From Polyangiaceae bacterium (GTDB lineage Bacteria; Myxococcota_A; Polyangia; HGW-17; JALWFW01), in NCBI GenBank assembly GCA_027013865.1, contig JALWFW010000036.1:21819-58592 (forward strand): 36,774 nt of DNA, given 5' to 3'. The notes beneath the pieces were generated by a model that had not been told where the DNA came from, did not search any database, and saw only the letters and a list, made by a program, of their open reading frames with translations. Position numbers and translations under genes: made by a program. This document shows positions 18,111 to 27,545 of the stretch, one piece after another. The stretch's first letter is position 1. The number at the start of each line of letters is the position of its first letter.

Positions 18111-19253
18111 ATGCTGATACCGGTACTCATTTCACTGCTCATATCGGTCAAGGTTCCTGATCTGCCTGCCCAGGCTGACGCAGCCCAACGCCAGGGACAG
18201 ACCATGAAGGCCATTGCTCTGATGGAGGCCTACATGGTGATGCGTCCCGAGGATTCGGAGGGGCGGGTACACCTGGCTGAGCTGTACTCCATAGCAGGGC
18301 TCATGGGAGCCAGTACCCGCAACTACCGTCAGGCCTATAACGACAGATGCAAACCCTGCAACGTCAAACCGTGCTGGAAAGCCCAGAGGTGCCGAAAACT
18401 GGAGATTCTCTCCAAACGCATGAAGGTCAGTGAGCGAGACGAGATAGTTCCCCGCCTTCCCCGCATCCCCGACACAGCCAAGAAACTGTTCAAGGCAGCC
18501 CGTTCCTTCATGAGATCGCGCAAGTACAGGAAGGCAGAAAGAACACTCAGGGCTGCCGTGATGCTCGACCCCATGCTCAAGGGTGTGCTCCCCAAGATGG
18601 AGTACCTGTTTCGCAAACTGAAGGACAAAAAGGGTGTCACCGAATTCTATCTGTGGTATCTGCGCATACGCCCTGCAGGTCCCTATGCTGCAAAAATTCG
18701 TCGCAAACTCCGTAAGAGCAACCTGCTGGGCAGGGTGGACATCGAATCGTCCTGGCCGTGCATGGTCACCATAGACAACCACACATTGATGAACCGTCGG
18801 GGGAAGGAGATCAGGACTCCGGTGAAGGGACTCACCCTTCCCGAAGGACGCTATTCCATAGGTTTCATCTGTCTGGAGCATCACCTTGCAAAGCGATTTC
18901 CTGTCAGTGTCAGAAAAGGACAGAATGCGAAGGTACGTCTCGATTACGGAGTGCTAAGGGTCAGTCTCAAACCGTGGGGCCGCATAAAGATCGCTCCCGT
19001 GGCTGGTCCGCGTAAGGGTAGATTCATGGATCTCGGACTCTACGAGAAGATTGGTGTTCCTGCCGGTAAGTACGTACTGCAGGCAGTTGCCCATGACGGC
19101 TCGAAAAAACTCCGTCATGAGATTTCCATTGCCGGTGGTACGGTAATTGACGTAACTTCCTGGAACAGGCCTCCAAAAGTAAAGCGTTCTGGAGACAGAA
19201 AAAAACGGAAAAAGTCACGTTCCCACCGCCGGTCCCGTCGTCGTCGCAGGTGA
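18111..19253 (+). CDS. Basic exported protein with TPR-like helices and PEGA-like C-terminal beta domains
   Basis: Signal peptide. TPR-like segments (AIALMEAY..PEDSE, YLRIRPAGPYA). PEGA-like RTPV..LTLPEGRY and VPAGKY. Arg/Lys-rich tail. Confidence 0.6.
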   Translation: MLIPVLISLLISVKVPDLPAQADAAQRQGQTMKAIALMEAYMVMRPEDSEGRVHLAELYSIAGLMGASTRNYRQAYNDRCKPCNVKPCWKAQRCRKLEILSKRMKVSERDEIVPRLPRIPDTAKKLFKAARSFMRSRKYRKAERTLRAAVMLDPMLKGVLPKMEYLFRKLKDKKGVTEFYLWYLRIRPAGPYAAKIRRKLRKSNLLGRVDIESSWPCMVTIDNHTLMNRRGKEIRTPVKGLTLPEGRYSIGFICLEHHLAKRFPVSVRKGQNAKVRLDYGVLRVSLKPWGRIKIAPVAGPRKGRFMDLGLYEKIGVPAGKYVLQAVAHDGSKKLRHEISIAGGTVIDVTSWNRPPKVKRSGDRKKRKKSRSHRRSRRRRR

Positions 19254-19267
19254 TTATCTAAAAACAT

Positions 19268-19286
19268 CAATAAATTCAAATAGTTA
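19268..19286 (-). promoter_or_regulatory. Dispersed 19-bp IHF-like motif, copy
   Basis: TAACTATTTGAATTTATTG just after a stop codon. Confidence 0.55.
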
Positions 19287-19493
19287 TGCGGTATTGAGGG
19301 GGCGCTGCAGTCGATCCTTCTTTGTCTGCTGCATGCGGTGGACAGCATATGTCTATGAAGCACGGGGGACTGGCAATCCGGAAAAGAGTGATTAACTTGA
19401 AGAGACCGGCATGGATGTCACTGGGTCTTGCGAACTGCGTCAGGCAGGAGACCGTATGTCCATGCAATCCACTTTTTAGGAGGTTGATGATCC

Positions 19494-20540
19494 ATGCGTG
19501 ATCTTTACAAGATACTCGGAGTATCCAGGGATGCGTCCGAAGAGGAGATAAAGAAGGCATACCGTAAACTTGCCAAGAAATACCATCCGGATCTACATCC
19601 AGACGACCCTTCTGCTGAGGAGAAATTCAAGGAAATCAGCGCTGCCTTCGCGGTTCTGGGAGATCCGGAGAAGCGCAAACTGTATGATGAATTTGGGGAG
19701 ATGGCTACACAGCCTGGGTTTGATCCAGAAAGAGCCCGGGAATATGCCAGAGCCAAGGAAAAAGAGGGGAAATTCTACTGGTCAGGCGGCACCGAAGGGT
19801 TCCAGTTCGGGTTCGACGACCTGTTTTCCTTTATATTTGGCGATGGCGCTCCCTTTGGTGGGGGAGATTCCTTTTTTGACAACGTGGTACACCGGGGGAA
19901 TGTCCGCATAAAGGGCGATGACATAAGCATGACCATAGAGCTGGACTTCCTTCAGGCCGTACGTGGTGACATGGTGGAAGTACCAGTGAGGTACCGTCGC
20001 AAGTGTCCTGCATGCAGGGGAACGGGCCGCACCAGGCAGGGAATGAAGTGTATGGTGTGTTCCGGTACCGGCACACTGGAGACCGACAAGACACTCAAGG
20101 TACGCATACCTCCGGGAGCCGAAAACGGCAAGACCATCAGACTCAAGGGTTATGGAGCTCCATCCGAATACGGTGGAGCCAGCGGCGATCTGGTACTCAA
20201 GGTATTTGTCAAGTCCCATCCGTACTTCCAGCGCAAGGGCATGGACATACATATGGACTTGCCCATAACCGTGGAGAAGGCGCTTTTGGGCGGTAAGGTC
20301 TCTCTTGTGACACCCCTGGGCAAACGTGTGACAGTGAACATTCCCGAGGGTTCTCAAGGGGGACAGATCCTGAGAGTGAGGGGACATGGAGTGCAGAATT
20401 CCAAGGGTCAGCCTGGAGATTTCCTGATTCACCTGCGCCTGGTGTTGCCTCACAGAATCACCGATGACGTTGCCGAAGCCGCGAAAGTACTGTCCAGGGA
20501 CGTTCACCTGGATCTGCCTCCAGACATAGAGTATAAGTGA
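19494..20540 (+). CDS. DnaJ-family co-chaperone with a reduced zinc finger
   Basis: J domain ([14 protein letters not shown]), G/F-rich region, two CxxCxGxG motifs, DnaJ C-terminal domain. RBS AGGAGG. Confidence 0.93.
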   Translation: MRDLYKILGVSRDASEEEIKKAYRKLAKKYHPDLHPDDPSAEEKFKEISAAFAVLGDPEKRKLYDEFGEMATQPGFDPERAREYARAKEKEGKFYWSGGTEGFQFGFDDLFSFIFGDGAPFGGGDSFFDNVVHRGNVRIKGDDISMTIELDFLQAVRGDMVEVPVRYRRKCPACRGTGRTRQGMKCMVCSGTGTLETDKTLKVRIPPGAENGKTIRLKGYGAPSEYGGASGDLVLKVFVKSHPYFQRKGMDIHMDLPITVEKALLGGKVSLVTPLGKRVTVNIPEGSQGGQILRVRGHGVQNSKGQPGDFLIHLRLVLPHRITDDVAEAAKVLSRDVHLDLPPDIEYK

Positions 20541-20545
20541 GCGCC

Positions 20546-23089
20546 ATGAAGCGCAGATTCTTCAGTTTCATGGTTTTTGTGCTGTTGCTTGGATGTGGCG
20601 GCGCCGATACTGGTGTAAGCAGGCCGAAACCGAAGGCACGCCCCAAGCACACGGAGCAGGTTTATCCCTACATGGAGGCAGATTATATGGGTCTTCCGGC
20701 ACCTGTGGGATCCCCGGGTACGGGTTTGTACGTGACCCATACTGTGGGTGGCAGGCTCGTGAAGGTGGAAAAGCGCGATCCCGAGGGCGCTCCCCTGACG
20801 ACCTGGGAATATACCTATGACGGTACCTACCTCAAGGAGGTGGTCCAGAAGCGACTCGCTACAGCAGGCGCCCACCACATATTCCTGGAGTACAAGTCCG
20901 GCCGTACCTGTGCCCTTTACACTGGGCGCCTCGGGGCCAGGGAGACCTACAAGTGCTGGACGAAGCGTGCCGACGGTACTGTCGAGGAGCGTTCGCTCGA
21001 TGCCTATGGCAAGCTGGTGGGACGGCGCATCCTCACCGTGGACAGTCAGGGGATAGTCACTCGGGCTGACATATACGACCGTAGTGGGGCGCTGTCAGCC
21101 ACGGAAACGGTGAAGCTCGGTGCCACGAAGAATGGCATACGGCGTACTTACAGGCGGGTTGGGGCTTTTGGTGCACTTCAGGAATGGGAAGAGACGGTTT
21201 ATCATCCTGCCTGGGCTCTTCCGGTGTCCATCACCGGGTTCTATGCTGACGGTTCCGTGCGTTACCGTACCACCCTGAATTACGATTCTCCCTACAGCGC
21301 CAAGGGAAAAGCCCTCACTGAAGAAGGTGCGGAATACGATCTGGAGGTGCACCTGGACCTGTTCGGTCACAGGCTCACTGAAAAGCGCCTCATGGGTGGT
21401 TCTGTCAAGGAGCTCTTCCGTTATACCTACGACGATGCCGGGCGCCTACTCACAGAAGAACACCTGGATGACACAGGTCGGGTATCTTACCGAGACGAGA
21501 GAGAATACGACGATTCAGGACTGCTTGCCCGGGAAAAACTATTTCGCGGAATGTCCGCATGGCTCCTCGTATGTGAAGGAGAGCACGGAGAACGCGTAAC
21601 AACCCGCCTTCCTGCTTTGGAGCGGGCTCAGTACGCCTGGGATCCCCTTGGCAGGCCTACTTCGATGGAGCGCTACCTGATGGAGCGCTTCACGGACAGG
21701 CAGGCGCGCCGTTATGGAGCCCGCGGACTTCCCGAGATGGAATCAGAGTTGACCGGCAATGGCAGGGAGGTGAAGAAAGTCTATACCCGTGATGAGTCCG
21801 GAAGGATAGTGCAAGAGCTACAGTACGTGGGTGGCTCTCCTGTAAAGCTTATAACTTACCGTTATGACGGTGATTTCTTGGTGGAAGAACGCCATCTCAC
21901 CCCTGACGGCCGGCCCTTCACCAGAAAGCAGGCTCCCACGGGATCGGTGATACGGTATCACTACGACGGCACGAGACTCGTGGAGAAGAGGTTTCTCCAT
22001 GCCGACGGAGCGCCGGCCGTTGCCCTACATCTGCCGAAATGCGGCAAGTGTCCGGCAAGGCCCATGGCATCCAGGATAGTCTGGCATTATGACTCTAGGG
22101 GCCTTTTGGATGCTGTCACCTATTATGACGATACCGGAGAGGCAGAAACCAGCGTGGCTGCAGGATGCCGTTCAGCCCGAAAGACACCGGGAGCCGTCTC
22201 GAAGAGACCTGTTTCCGGCGGCAAGCCTGGCATCTCTGGTAAGGACAGTGTCGCAGGCACCAGGACCAAACCCGTGGTGATGGCGCGTCAGACCATGAAG
22301 TATGACTCCATGGGACGCATCGTCAGCAGGAAGCTTGATTACCCGACCCTGGGCAGACAGGAAGTCCTTGAGACTCAGTACGCACCCGGTGGGTGGGTTT
22401 CAAAGACCACGCATTCGGTATTCGTGAAAGGGCGTCTGCAGTCCATGGAAGCGCGTACCTTCGACAGGGCCCTTCTCACTGGCGTGCTGCGTAGATGGCT
22501 GGATTCCAAAGGAAGTATGCACACCCGCGATGTTCGCATGACCTATTCCAAAGGACTGCTTCATACCCGCTCAGTTAACGAGGACGGCAAGGTACTCACG
22601 GTGGTGATACAGAGGGATCCGGCGGGCCGCAAGAAGCGTGAGATCGCCCTTGATGGCAAAGGCAGGCCTGCCAGAGCCAAAGACCTATTTGGCAACGAAT
22701 ACGAAGAACTCGCCTCGACCTATGATCCTGCGGGCAGGATAGTCAGGGTCGCCCGTAAACTCGGCAGCCGCGTGTTCAGGACCGAATTCTCATACGATGA
22801 CAAGGGTCGTCCCACCGGACGCAGGGTGTACGAGGGCTCCAAACTGGTGCTCGATGTAAAGGAGTTCTTCAGCGATCCCTACATCGGTCCTTATGGTAGT
22901 GCCACATACCAGGTAAGGCGTCAGATGAGAGGCAATCGGGTGGAGGTCTCCTCCTACAGGATACACTTTGATCCGTCCAATCCAGAACGTTCCTATGCCG
23001 TTTTGAAGGCAGGTTCCAGGACGGTGAAACTCGACAAATGCCGCTGCGAGGGGTGTGGCAATGTTTTGGACTGGCCTGTCCAGGAGTAA
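20546..23089 (+). CDS. YD/RHS-repeat lipoprotein
   Basis: Lipobox LLG-C. Many YD-type repeats (YTYDDAGRLLTE, YAWDPLGRP, YTRDESGRI, KYDSMGRI, TYDPAGRI, SYDDKGRP). An alternative GTG start at 20537 overlaps the dnaJ stop. Confidence 0.8.
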   Translation: MKRRFFSFMVFVLLLGCGGADTGVSRPKPKARPKHTEQVYPYMEADYMGLPAPVGSPGTGLYVTHTVGGRLVKVEKRDPEGAPLTTWEYTYDGTYLKEVVQKRLATAGAHHIFLEYKSGRTCALYTGRLGARETYKCWTKRADGTVEERSLDAYGKLVGRRILTVDSQGIVTRADIYDRSGALSATETVKLGATKNGIRRTYRRVGAFGALQEWEETVYHPAWALPVSITGFYADGSVRYRTTLNYDSPYSAKGKALTEEGAEYDLEVHLDLFGHRLTEKRLMGGSVKELFRYTYDDAGRLLTEEHLDDTGRVSYRDEREYDDSGLLAREKLFRGMSAWLLVCEGEHGERVTTRLPALERAQYAWDPLGRPTSMERYLMERFTDRQARRYGARGLPEMESELTGNGREVKKVYTRDESGRIVQELQYVGGSPVKLITYRYDGDFLVEERHLTPDGRPFTRKQAPTGSVIRYHYDGTRLVEKRFLHADGAPAVALHLPKCGKCPARPMASRIVWHYDSRGLLDAVTYYDDTGEAETSVAAGCRSARKTPGAVSKRPVSGGKPGISGKDSVAGTRTKPVVMARQTMKYDSMGRIVSRKLDYPTLGRQEVLETQYAPGGWVSKTTHSVFVKGRLQSMEARTFDRALLTGVLRRWLDSKGSMHTRDVRMTYSKGLLHTRSVNEDGKVLTVVIQRDPAGRKKREIALDGKGRPARAKDLFGNEYEELASTYDPAGRIVRVARKLGSRVFRTEFSYDDKGRPTGRRVYEGSKLVLDVKEFFSDPYIGPYGSATYQVRRQMRGNRVEVSSYRIHFDPSNPERSYAVLKAGSRTVKLDKCRCEGCGNVLDWPVQE

Positions 23090-23092
23090 TTT

Positions 23093-24061
23093 ATGCGCAG
23101 AAAATCCAATTATTTCAGGCGGTTATACATAGTTGGACTCTTGTTTGCCCTTTTTTTGTGGGGTTGTGGTCATACAGGAACCAGGAACAGGGACGTAAAG
23201 ACGGGAGCCATGGCCTCCAGGTCTGCCGGGTCTGGAGATGGCAGACACCACCGCCAGTCCGATGCGCCCTCCCTTCATCTGGTGCTGGGCCAGGACCGCG
23301 CCGGCAGACCAGCCAGGATGCTCAGAGCCACATGGCCTTCGCGGGCAGGCCGGACCGTCAGGGACACCTGGGGACGCACCTGGACCGTAGACGCGTCAGG
23401 CATGGTCGTGGTTCCGGAAAAACTGAGCCTTGGTTATATGAAACCCCCTTCGGCAGACTCCTATCCCTTCGACGGTGCACTTGCATCCGAATTCCTCATC
23501 AGAGGCATGGAGTCGAAGGCGGCGATGCTGCTCTTGTCCATGCTGGAGGTAAGAGCTCCCCAGTACGGGACGGTGCGTGATTTCTTTTGTTCTCTGTGGG
23601 CCGGGTGGCGCAGACGCGGAGCTACCTGGGAGGCGCTCAGGAGTGCAGTGGTGGGTACGTTTCACGCATCTGACCGTGGCGTTACGGTACACAACATATA
23701 TCATTCCTTCTCTTTCAAGATTCCCGGACCGTGGCTCATGGGAGCGGGCAGGGTGCCGGTGTCCAGAGGGGAGGCGTCTCTCGTATGGCTTGCTCCTGTC
23801 TCAGGCGGTTTCAACGTGCTGGTGGTGGCTGTCACCGAGCAGGACCGTATCTGCGAGGCTCTCAGAGTGCCTGAGGACAGATGCCATCCCGAATCCGGTG
23901 CCATGGCCTTTTCAGAGAAGAGAACCGGACGTGTGTCTCTGAAGAAGGTGGGAGACGTGACAGTGGCAGTGGTGGTCGTTGGTAGTGGCCCTGCTCCGGA
24001 GAGTATATCGTCTACTGTATACAGGGATGTCATGGGCATGCCATGTCAAGCCGGTAACTGA
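23093..24061 (+). CDS. Hypothetical lipoprotein
   Basis: Basic N-terminus, hydrophobic stretch and LWG-C lipobox. Starts 3 nt after the upstream stop. Confidence 0.6.
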   Translation: MRRKSNYFRRLYIVGLLFALFLWGCGHTGTRNRDVKTGAMASRSAGSGDGRHHRQSDAPSLHLVLGQDRAGRPARMLRATWPSRAGRTVRDTWGRTWTVDASGMVVVPEKLSLGYMKPPSADSYPFDGALASEFLIRGMESKAAMLLLSMLEVRAPQYGTVRDFFCSLWAGWRRRGATWEALRSAVVGTFHASDRGVTVHNIYHSFSFKIPGPWLMGAGRVPVSRGEASLVWLAPVSGGFNVLVVAVTEQDRICEALRVPEDRCHPESGAMAFSEKRTGRVSLKKVGDVTVAVVVVGSGPAPESISSTVYRDVMGMPCQAGN

Positions 24062-24267
24062 GTGCAATCATCTATGTATCAGGATACATACAGTACGTCT
24101 GGGGGTAATTTCTGGACCCCGGCGTTCCATTTTGTTATATCGCAGGCAGACGGAGGGATACAGGACGACTGCAGTTCGAGAATTGCTCTTTCCGGTATAT
24201 GGAAGGGCATGTCTGCAGAATGTCCTGATGTCTGAGTATGTATCAGGCTCTGCTTTGGAGGAATTCC

Positions 24268-25446
24268 ATGGAACTGTCCCAGAAAGTAGCCCATCAGATG
24301 AAAAGTGCGTCATGGATACGCAGGATGTTCGAAAAGGGCAGCGAACTCAAGGCGCGATTCGGACCTGAGAATGTGTTCGACTTCACCCTCGGTAATCCCA
24401 TGGTGGAACCACCCGAGAGGTTTGGCGAGGAACTGCGCAGGGCTGTTCTGGAGTCACCCTCTGGAGCTCACAGGTATATGAGCAACAACGGTTATGCTGA
24501 GACGAGGCAGGCCGTGGCCCGGCACATGAGTGAGGAGAGCGGAGTGGATATATCCCCTGACAGCGTCATCATGACCGTTGGGGCTGCCGGAGCACTCAAT
24601 GTGGCACTGAAGGCCATACTCAATCCGGGGGAGGAGGTGATGGTCATAGCACCCTTCTTCCCAGAATACATGTTCTACATAGAGAACCACGGTGGAAGAG
24701 TCCGTATCGTGGAGAGCAACGAGGACTTCTCCCTGAACCTGGACAACATCGCCGGTGCACTGGGCGTCAATACCAAGGCCATCATCCTCAATACCCCAAA
24801 CAATCCCACCGGCGTCGTGTATTCCGGTGACACACTCGAAGCACTGGCCGAGCTATTACGCCAGCACAAGGCCAGGACAGGACGTACGGTTTTCGTCATT
24901 TCGGATGAGCCATATCGTCGTATAGTTTATGGCATGTCTAAAATTCCTCAATCATTACGTATATTTGACGATATGATATTTTGCACGTCACATTCCAAGG
25001 ATCTGGCTCTTCCAGGGGAACGCATAGGCTATGCCATAATAGGCCCCAAAACCACTAAACGTGACGAGCTCTTGGCTGCCATGATCTTTTCGAACCGCAT
25101 ACTAGGATTCGTGAACGCTCCGGCACTGATGCAAAGGGTGGTCACACATCTGCAGGACGTGACCGTAGACGTGGATGACTACAAGCGCAAGAGAGACGTA
25201 TTTTACGCCGGCCTTCAGGAGGCAGGCATCGAGACAACCCTTCCGGGAGGGGCGTTCTACTTCTTTGCCAAAAGCCCGCTGGATGACGATGTGGAATTTA
25301 TAGACAAATTGTTCCAAAAGAATATACTAGCCGTTCCCGGGAGTGGATTCGGGCGTTCCGGATATTTCAGGCTCTCCTACTGCGTGGACATGGAGACCAT
25401 CCGGAGGGCATTACCGGTGTTCAAGGAAGTCATGACAGAGCTATGA
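24268..25446 (+). CDS. PLP-dependent aminotransferase class I/II (aspartate aminotransferase-like)
   Basis: ATG 24268 after GGAGGA. Motifs FTLGNP, NTPNNPTG, SDEPY, SHSKDLALPGERIG, VPGSGFG, RLSY. Confidence 0.93.
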   Translation: MELSQKVAHQMKSASWIRRMFEKGSELKARFGPENVFDFTLGNPMVEPPERFGEELRRAVLESPSGAHRYMSNNGYAETRQAVARHMSEESGVDISPDSVIMTVGAAGALNVALKAILNPGEEVMVIAPFFPEYMFYIENHGGRVRIVESNEDFSLNLDNIAGALGVNTKAIILNTPNNPTGVVYSGDTLEALAELLRQHKARTGRTVFVISDEPYRRIVYGMSKIPQSLRIFDDMIFCTSHSKDLALPGERIGYAIIGPKTTKRDELLAAMIFSNRILGFVNAPALMQRVVTHLQDVTVDVDDYKRKRDVFYAGLQEAGIETTLPGGAFYFFAKSPLDDDVEFIDKLFQKNILAVPGSGFGRSGYFRLSYCVDMETIRRALPVFKEVMTEL

Positions 25447-25555
25447 CCCGGATTCGAATTACTGACATGCCGGTAATTCGGAAAGTCGTCCGATAGCTGG
25501 TACCAAGGATTCGGGTTTTGGCTGTGACTCAACATAAGACCCTGAGGTTCTGAAA

Positions 25556-26821
25556 TTGGCACGCAAGAAAAGGCGTCGCAAATCCAAGGCAAAAAAGCAG
25601 CACAGCACCAAGGCTACCAAACCCTCCGTAACCCAGGAGCCTCAGTCTGCCTCCACACAGCCAGCCGGGGCGGGCAGTAAAACCTCTGCAGGTGAGACTC
25701 AGAAGGAACCAAGAGGCATGGTCGCCGGAGAAGAAGTCACCATCACGTCCGGAGAGATTGTGCTGGCTCCAGAAAAGGGCTTGGATGTTTCTTTTGGGGA
25801 GAACAGCGGTTCCGGTATCATAGTCGACGAGGGTGCCGGAGAGATCCTGACCGAATCACGCAATGAACACAAGGTGGTTGGGGAAATAGTGCTGAATCAG
25901 GCTTCAGCCTCACCTTCACCCCGACATGACATGAGCTCTGGTGGAATCGAGATAAGTGGTGATGGCGTTATCGTGGAGGAGGAACCGTCTGCAGCCTCAT
26001 CCAGAAGTGGCAGCCCACAGAAAGGGACTCCCGATCCCGATACGGAAGATGCCCCGACACAGCCCGTTGAAGAGCCTACGCAGCCACAAGCATCCAGCGC
26101 CTCTGACGGTAAGGAACTCGGACGTTCCGGGAGCGTTACCGAAGCGGTAAAGGACAGGTCTAAACAGACTGACGCTTCAGGGCTCGATGAGCGGATGGCT
26201 ACTACTTCCCCTCAGGAAGACAAGAAAAGCGGTTCGGGAAATGCTTCTGCTGCCAGTTCTCCATATGTCCTCACTGAAGAAGAGCATGAGGCACTTTTGA
26301 GGAAACGTGAGCAGCAGCAGAAGATGTCTGCCCGGATGCGTCATGCTTTTCCGTCTCCTTTCGAGATGGCACAGGACCTCAGAGAAGTCATGGACCGTAA
26401 GGTGGAGCCATCCAAATTCGCATCCAGTAATGACGGAGAAGCCGTCAGGGAACTCAAACTGGAGTCTCTTCGTGATTTGGTGCCTTCCAAGAACAGGCCT
26501 GACGGTGATACGGTTACTTCTGCGCCTGAAACCAAGGCCCATCCTCAGCGTAAAAGGAGGCCATCGGGTTCCATCCCCGTGGACAGGGCTTTCACTGATG
26601 CTGAAAAGGCCTTTTTCGAAGAGGACCTCGAAGAGGAAGACGATACTGGCGCGATAAAGGAAATCTTTGAACAGATGGATGCCAAGGCCCGTGCTCAGCG
26701 GGGTTGGCTGGATTCCCTAAGGGATTTCATCTTTTCTGGCAAGGAACCTCCAAAGTCCAAAACCCGGAAATCTCGCCGCAAACGCAGGAAACCATCGTTG
26801 GGTGACTCGGACGAGAAGTGA
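25556..26821 (+). CDS. Hypothetical, largely disordered protein with basic termini
   Basis: 421-aa ORF (TTG start, GAGG upstream) that fills the gap between genes. S/E/P/G-rich, with no hydrophobic core. Confidence 0.65.
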   Translation: MARKKRRRKSKAKKQHSTKATKPSVTQEPQSASTQPAGAGSKTSAGETQKEPRGMVAGEEVTITSGEIVLAPEKGLDVSFGENSGSGIIVDEGAGEILTESRNEHKVVGEIVLNQASASPSPRHDMSSGGIEISGDGVIVEEEPSAASSRSGSPQKGTPDPDTEDAPTQPVEEPTQPQASSASDGKELGRSGSVTEAVKDRSKQTDASGLDERMATTSPQEDKKSGSGNASAASSPYVLTEEEHEALLRKREQQQKMSARMRHAFPSPFEMAQDLREVMDRKVEPSKFASSNDGEAVRELKLESLRDLVPSKNRPDGDTVTSAPETKAHPQRKRRPSGSIPVDRAFTDAEKAFFEEDLEEEDDTGAIKEIFEQMDAKARAQRGWLDSLRDFIFSGKEPPKSKTRKSRRKRRKPSLGDSDEK

Positions 26822-26827
26822 ATCTCC

Positions 26828-27397
26828 ATGCCTTCATCCCGGATACTTCTCGCCGTGACAGGTGCTTCGGGAGCAATATATGCTGACAGAGCGGTAAAAA
26901 TAATTCGTTCCTCAGGGAACGATTTTTTTCTGCTCACCACTGCTGCTGCAAGAAAAGTCATATCTCTCGAACTGGGGAACGATGCTCTCGGATCGTGGGA
27001 GCGCCAGGCATCGGCCGTCTTTACCGAACACGACATAGACGCCTGTGTGGCAAGCGGATCGTGTCCAGTGACAGGCATGCTGGTGGCTCCATCGTCGCTG
27101 GATACAGCCATGGCACTGGCATCGGGGCTTGCGTCCAATCTGGTGCAGCGCGCAGGCCAGGTGATGCTCAAGGAGCGCCGTCCTTTGGTGCTTGTCCTCC
27201 GGGAGAGCCCGTTGGCATCTATTCATCTAAGGCGCCTCGCCGAACTGTCGGAATCTGGGGCTGTCATAATGCCTGCTTCGCCATTTTTCTACCATTCCCC
27301 CGTTACCATCGGGGAACTGGTTGACGGTTTGGTTGCCAGGGCTCTGCGCATGACTGGACTGGACGTGCCTGTGCCCGAGTGGCAGGGGCCCGAATGA
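26828..27397 (+). CDS. ubiX: Flavin prenyltransferase UbiX
   Basis: Motifs VTGASGAIY, ASGS, NLVQRA, LKERRPLVLVLRESPL, MPASPFFYH. Confidence 0.9.
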   Translation: MPSSRILLAVTGASGAIYADRAVKIIRSSGNDFFLLTTAAARKVISLELGNDALGSWERQASAVFTEHDIDACVASGSCPVTGMLVAPSSLDTAMALASGLASNLVQRAGQVMLKERRPLVLVLRESPLASIHLRRLAELSESGAVIMPASPFFYHSPVTIGELVDGLVARALRMTGLDVPVPEWQGPE

Positions 27398-27475
27398 CAT
27401 AACCTGTCCCATTTTTTACATCGATGCCAATCCCCTACACGCAAGAGAGTCCGATAGTCACCCGATTTTTGTCGG

Positions 27476-27503
27476 TGGACATCTTTCTCAAAGCTAGTAC
27501 AAT
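27476..27503 (+). promoter_or_regulatory. Putative sigma70 promoter of pnp
   Basis: TGGACA-16 nt-TACAAT. Confidence 0.45.
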
Positions 27504-27545
27504 CCCGCCCCGTGATAAAGGTCAACAGATAGAAAGGACGAAAAG

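Noticed and set aside
19254-19493. CIRCE or HAIR heat-shock operator upstream of the dnaJ paralog
   Set aside because: Neither TTAGCACTC-N9-GAGTGCTAA nor CTTGAGT-N7-ACTCAAG is present.
20546-24061. Classical Rhs toxin-immunity pair or T6SS effector
   Set aside because: No Rhs core motif, toxin domain, PAAR/VgrG or T6SS genes; both proteins have lipoprotein signals.
24135-24175. SAM-I riboswitch-like start (ATC...GGAGGGA)
   Set aside because: It lacks the following GGCCC..TGA, GCAACC and GTGC..A elements.
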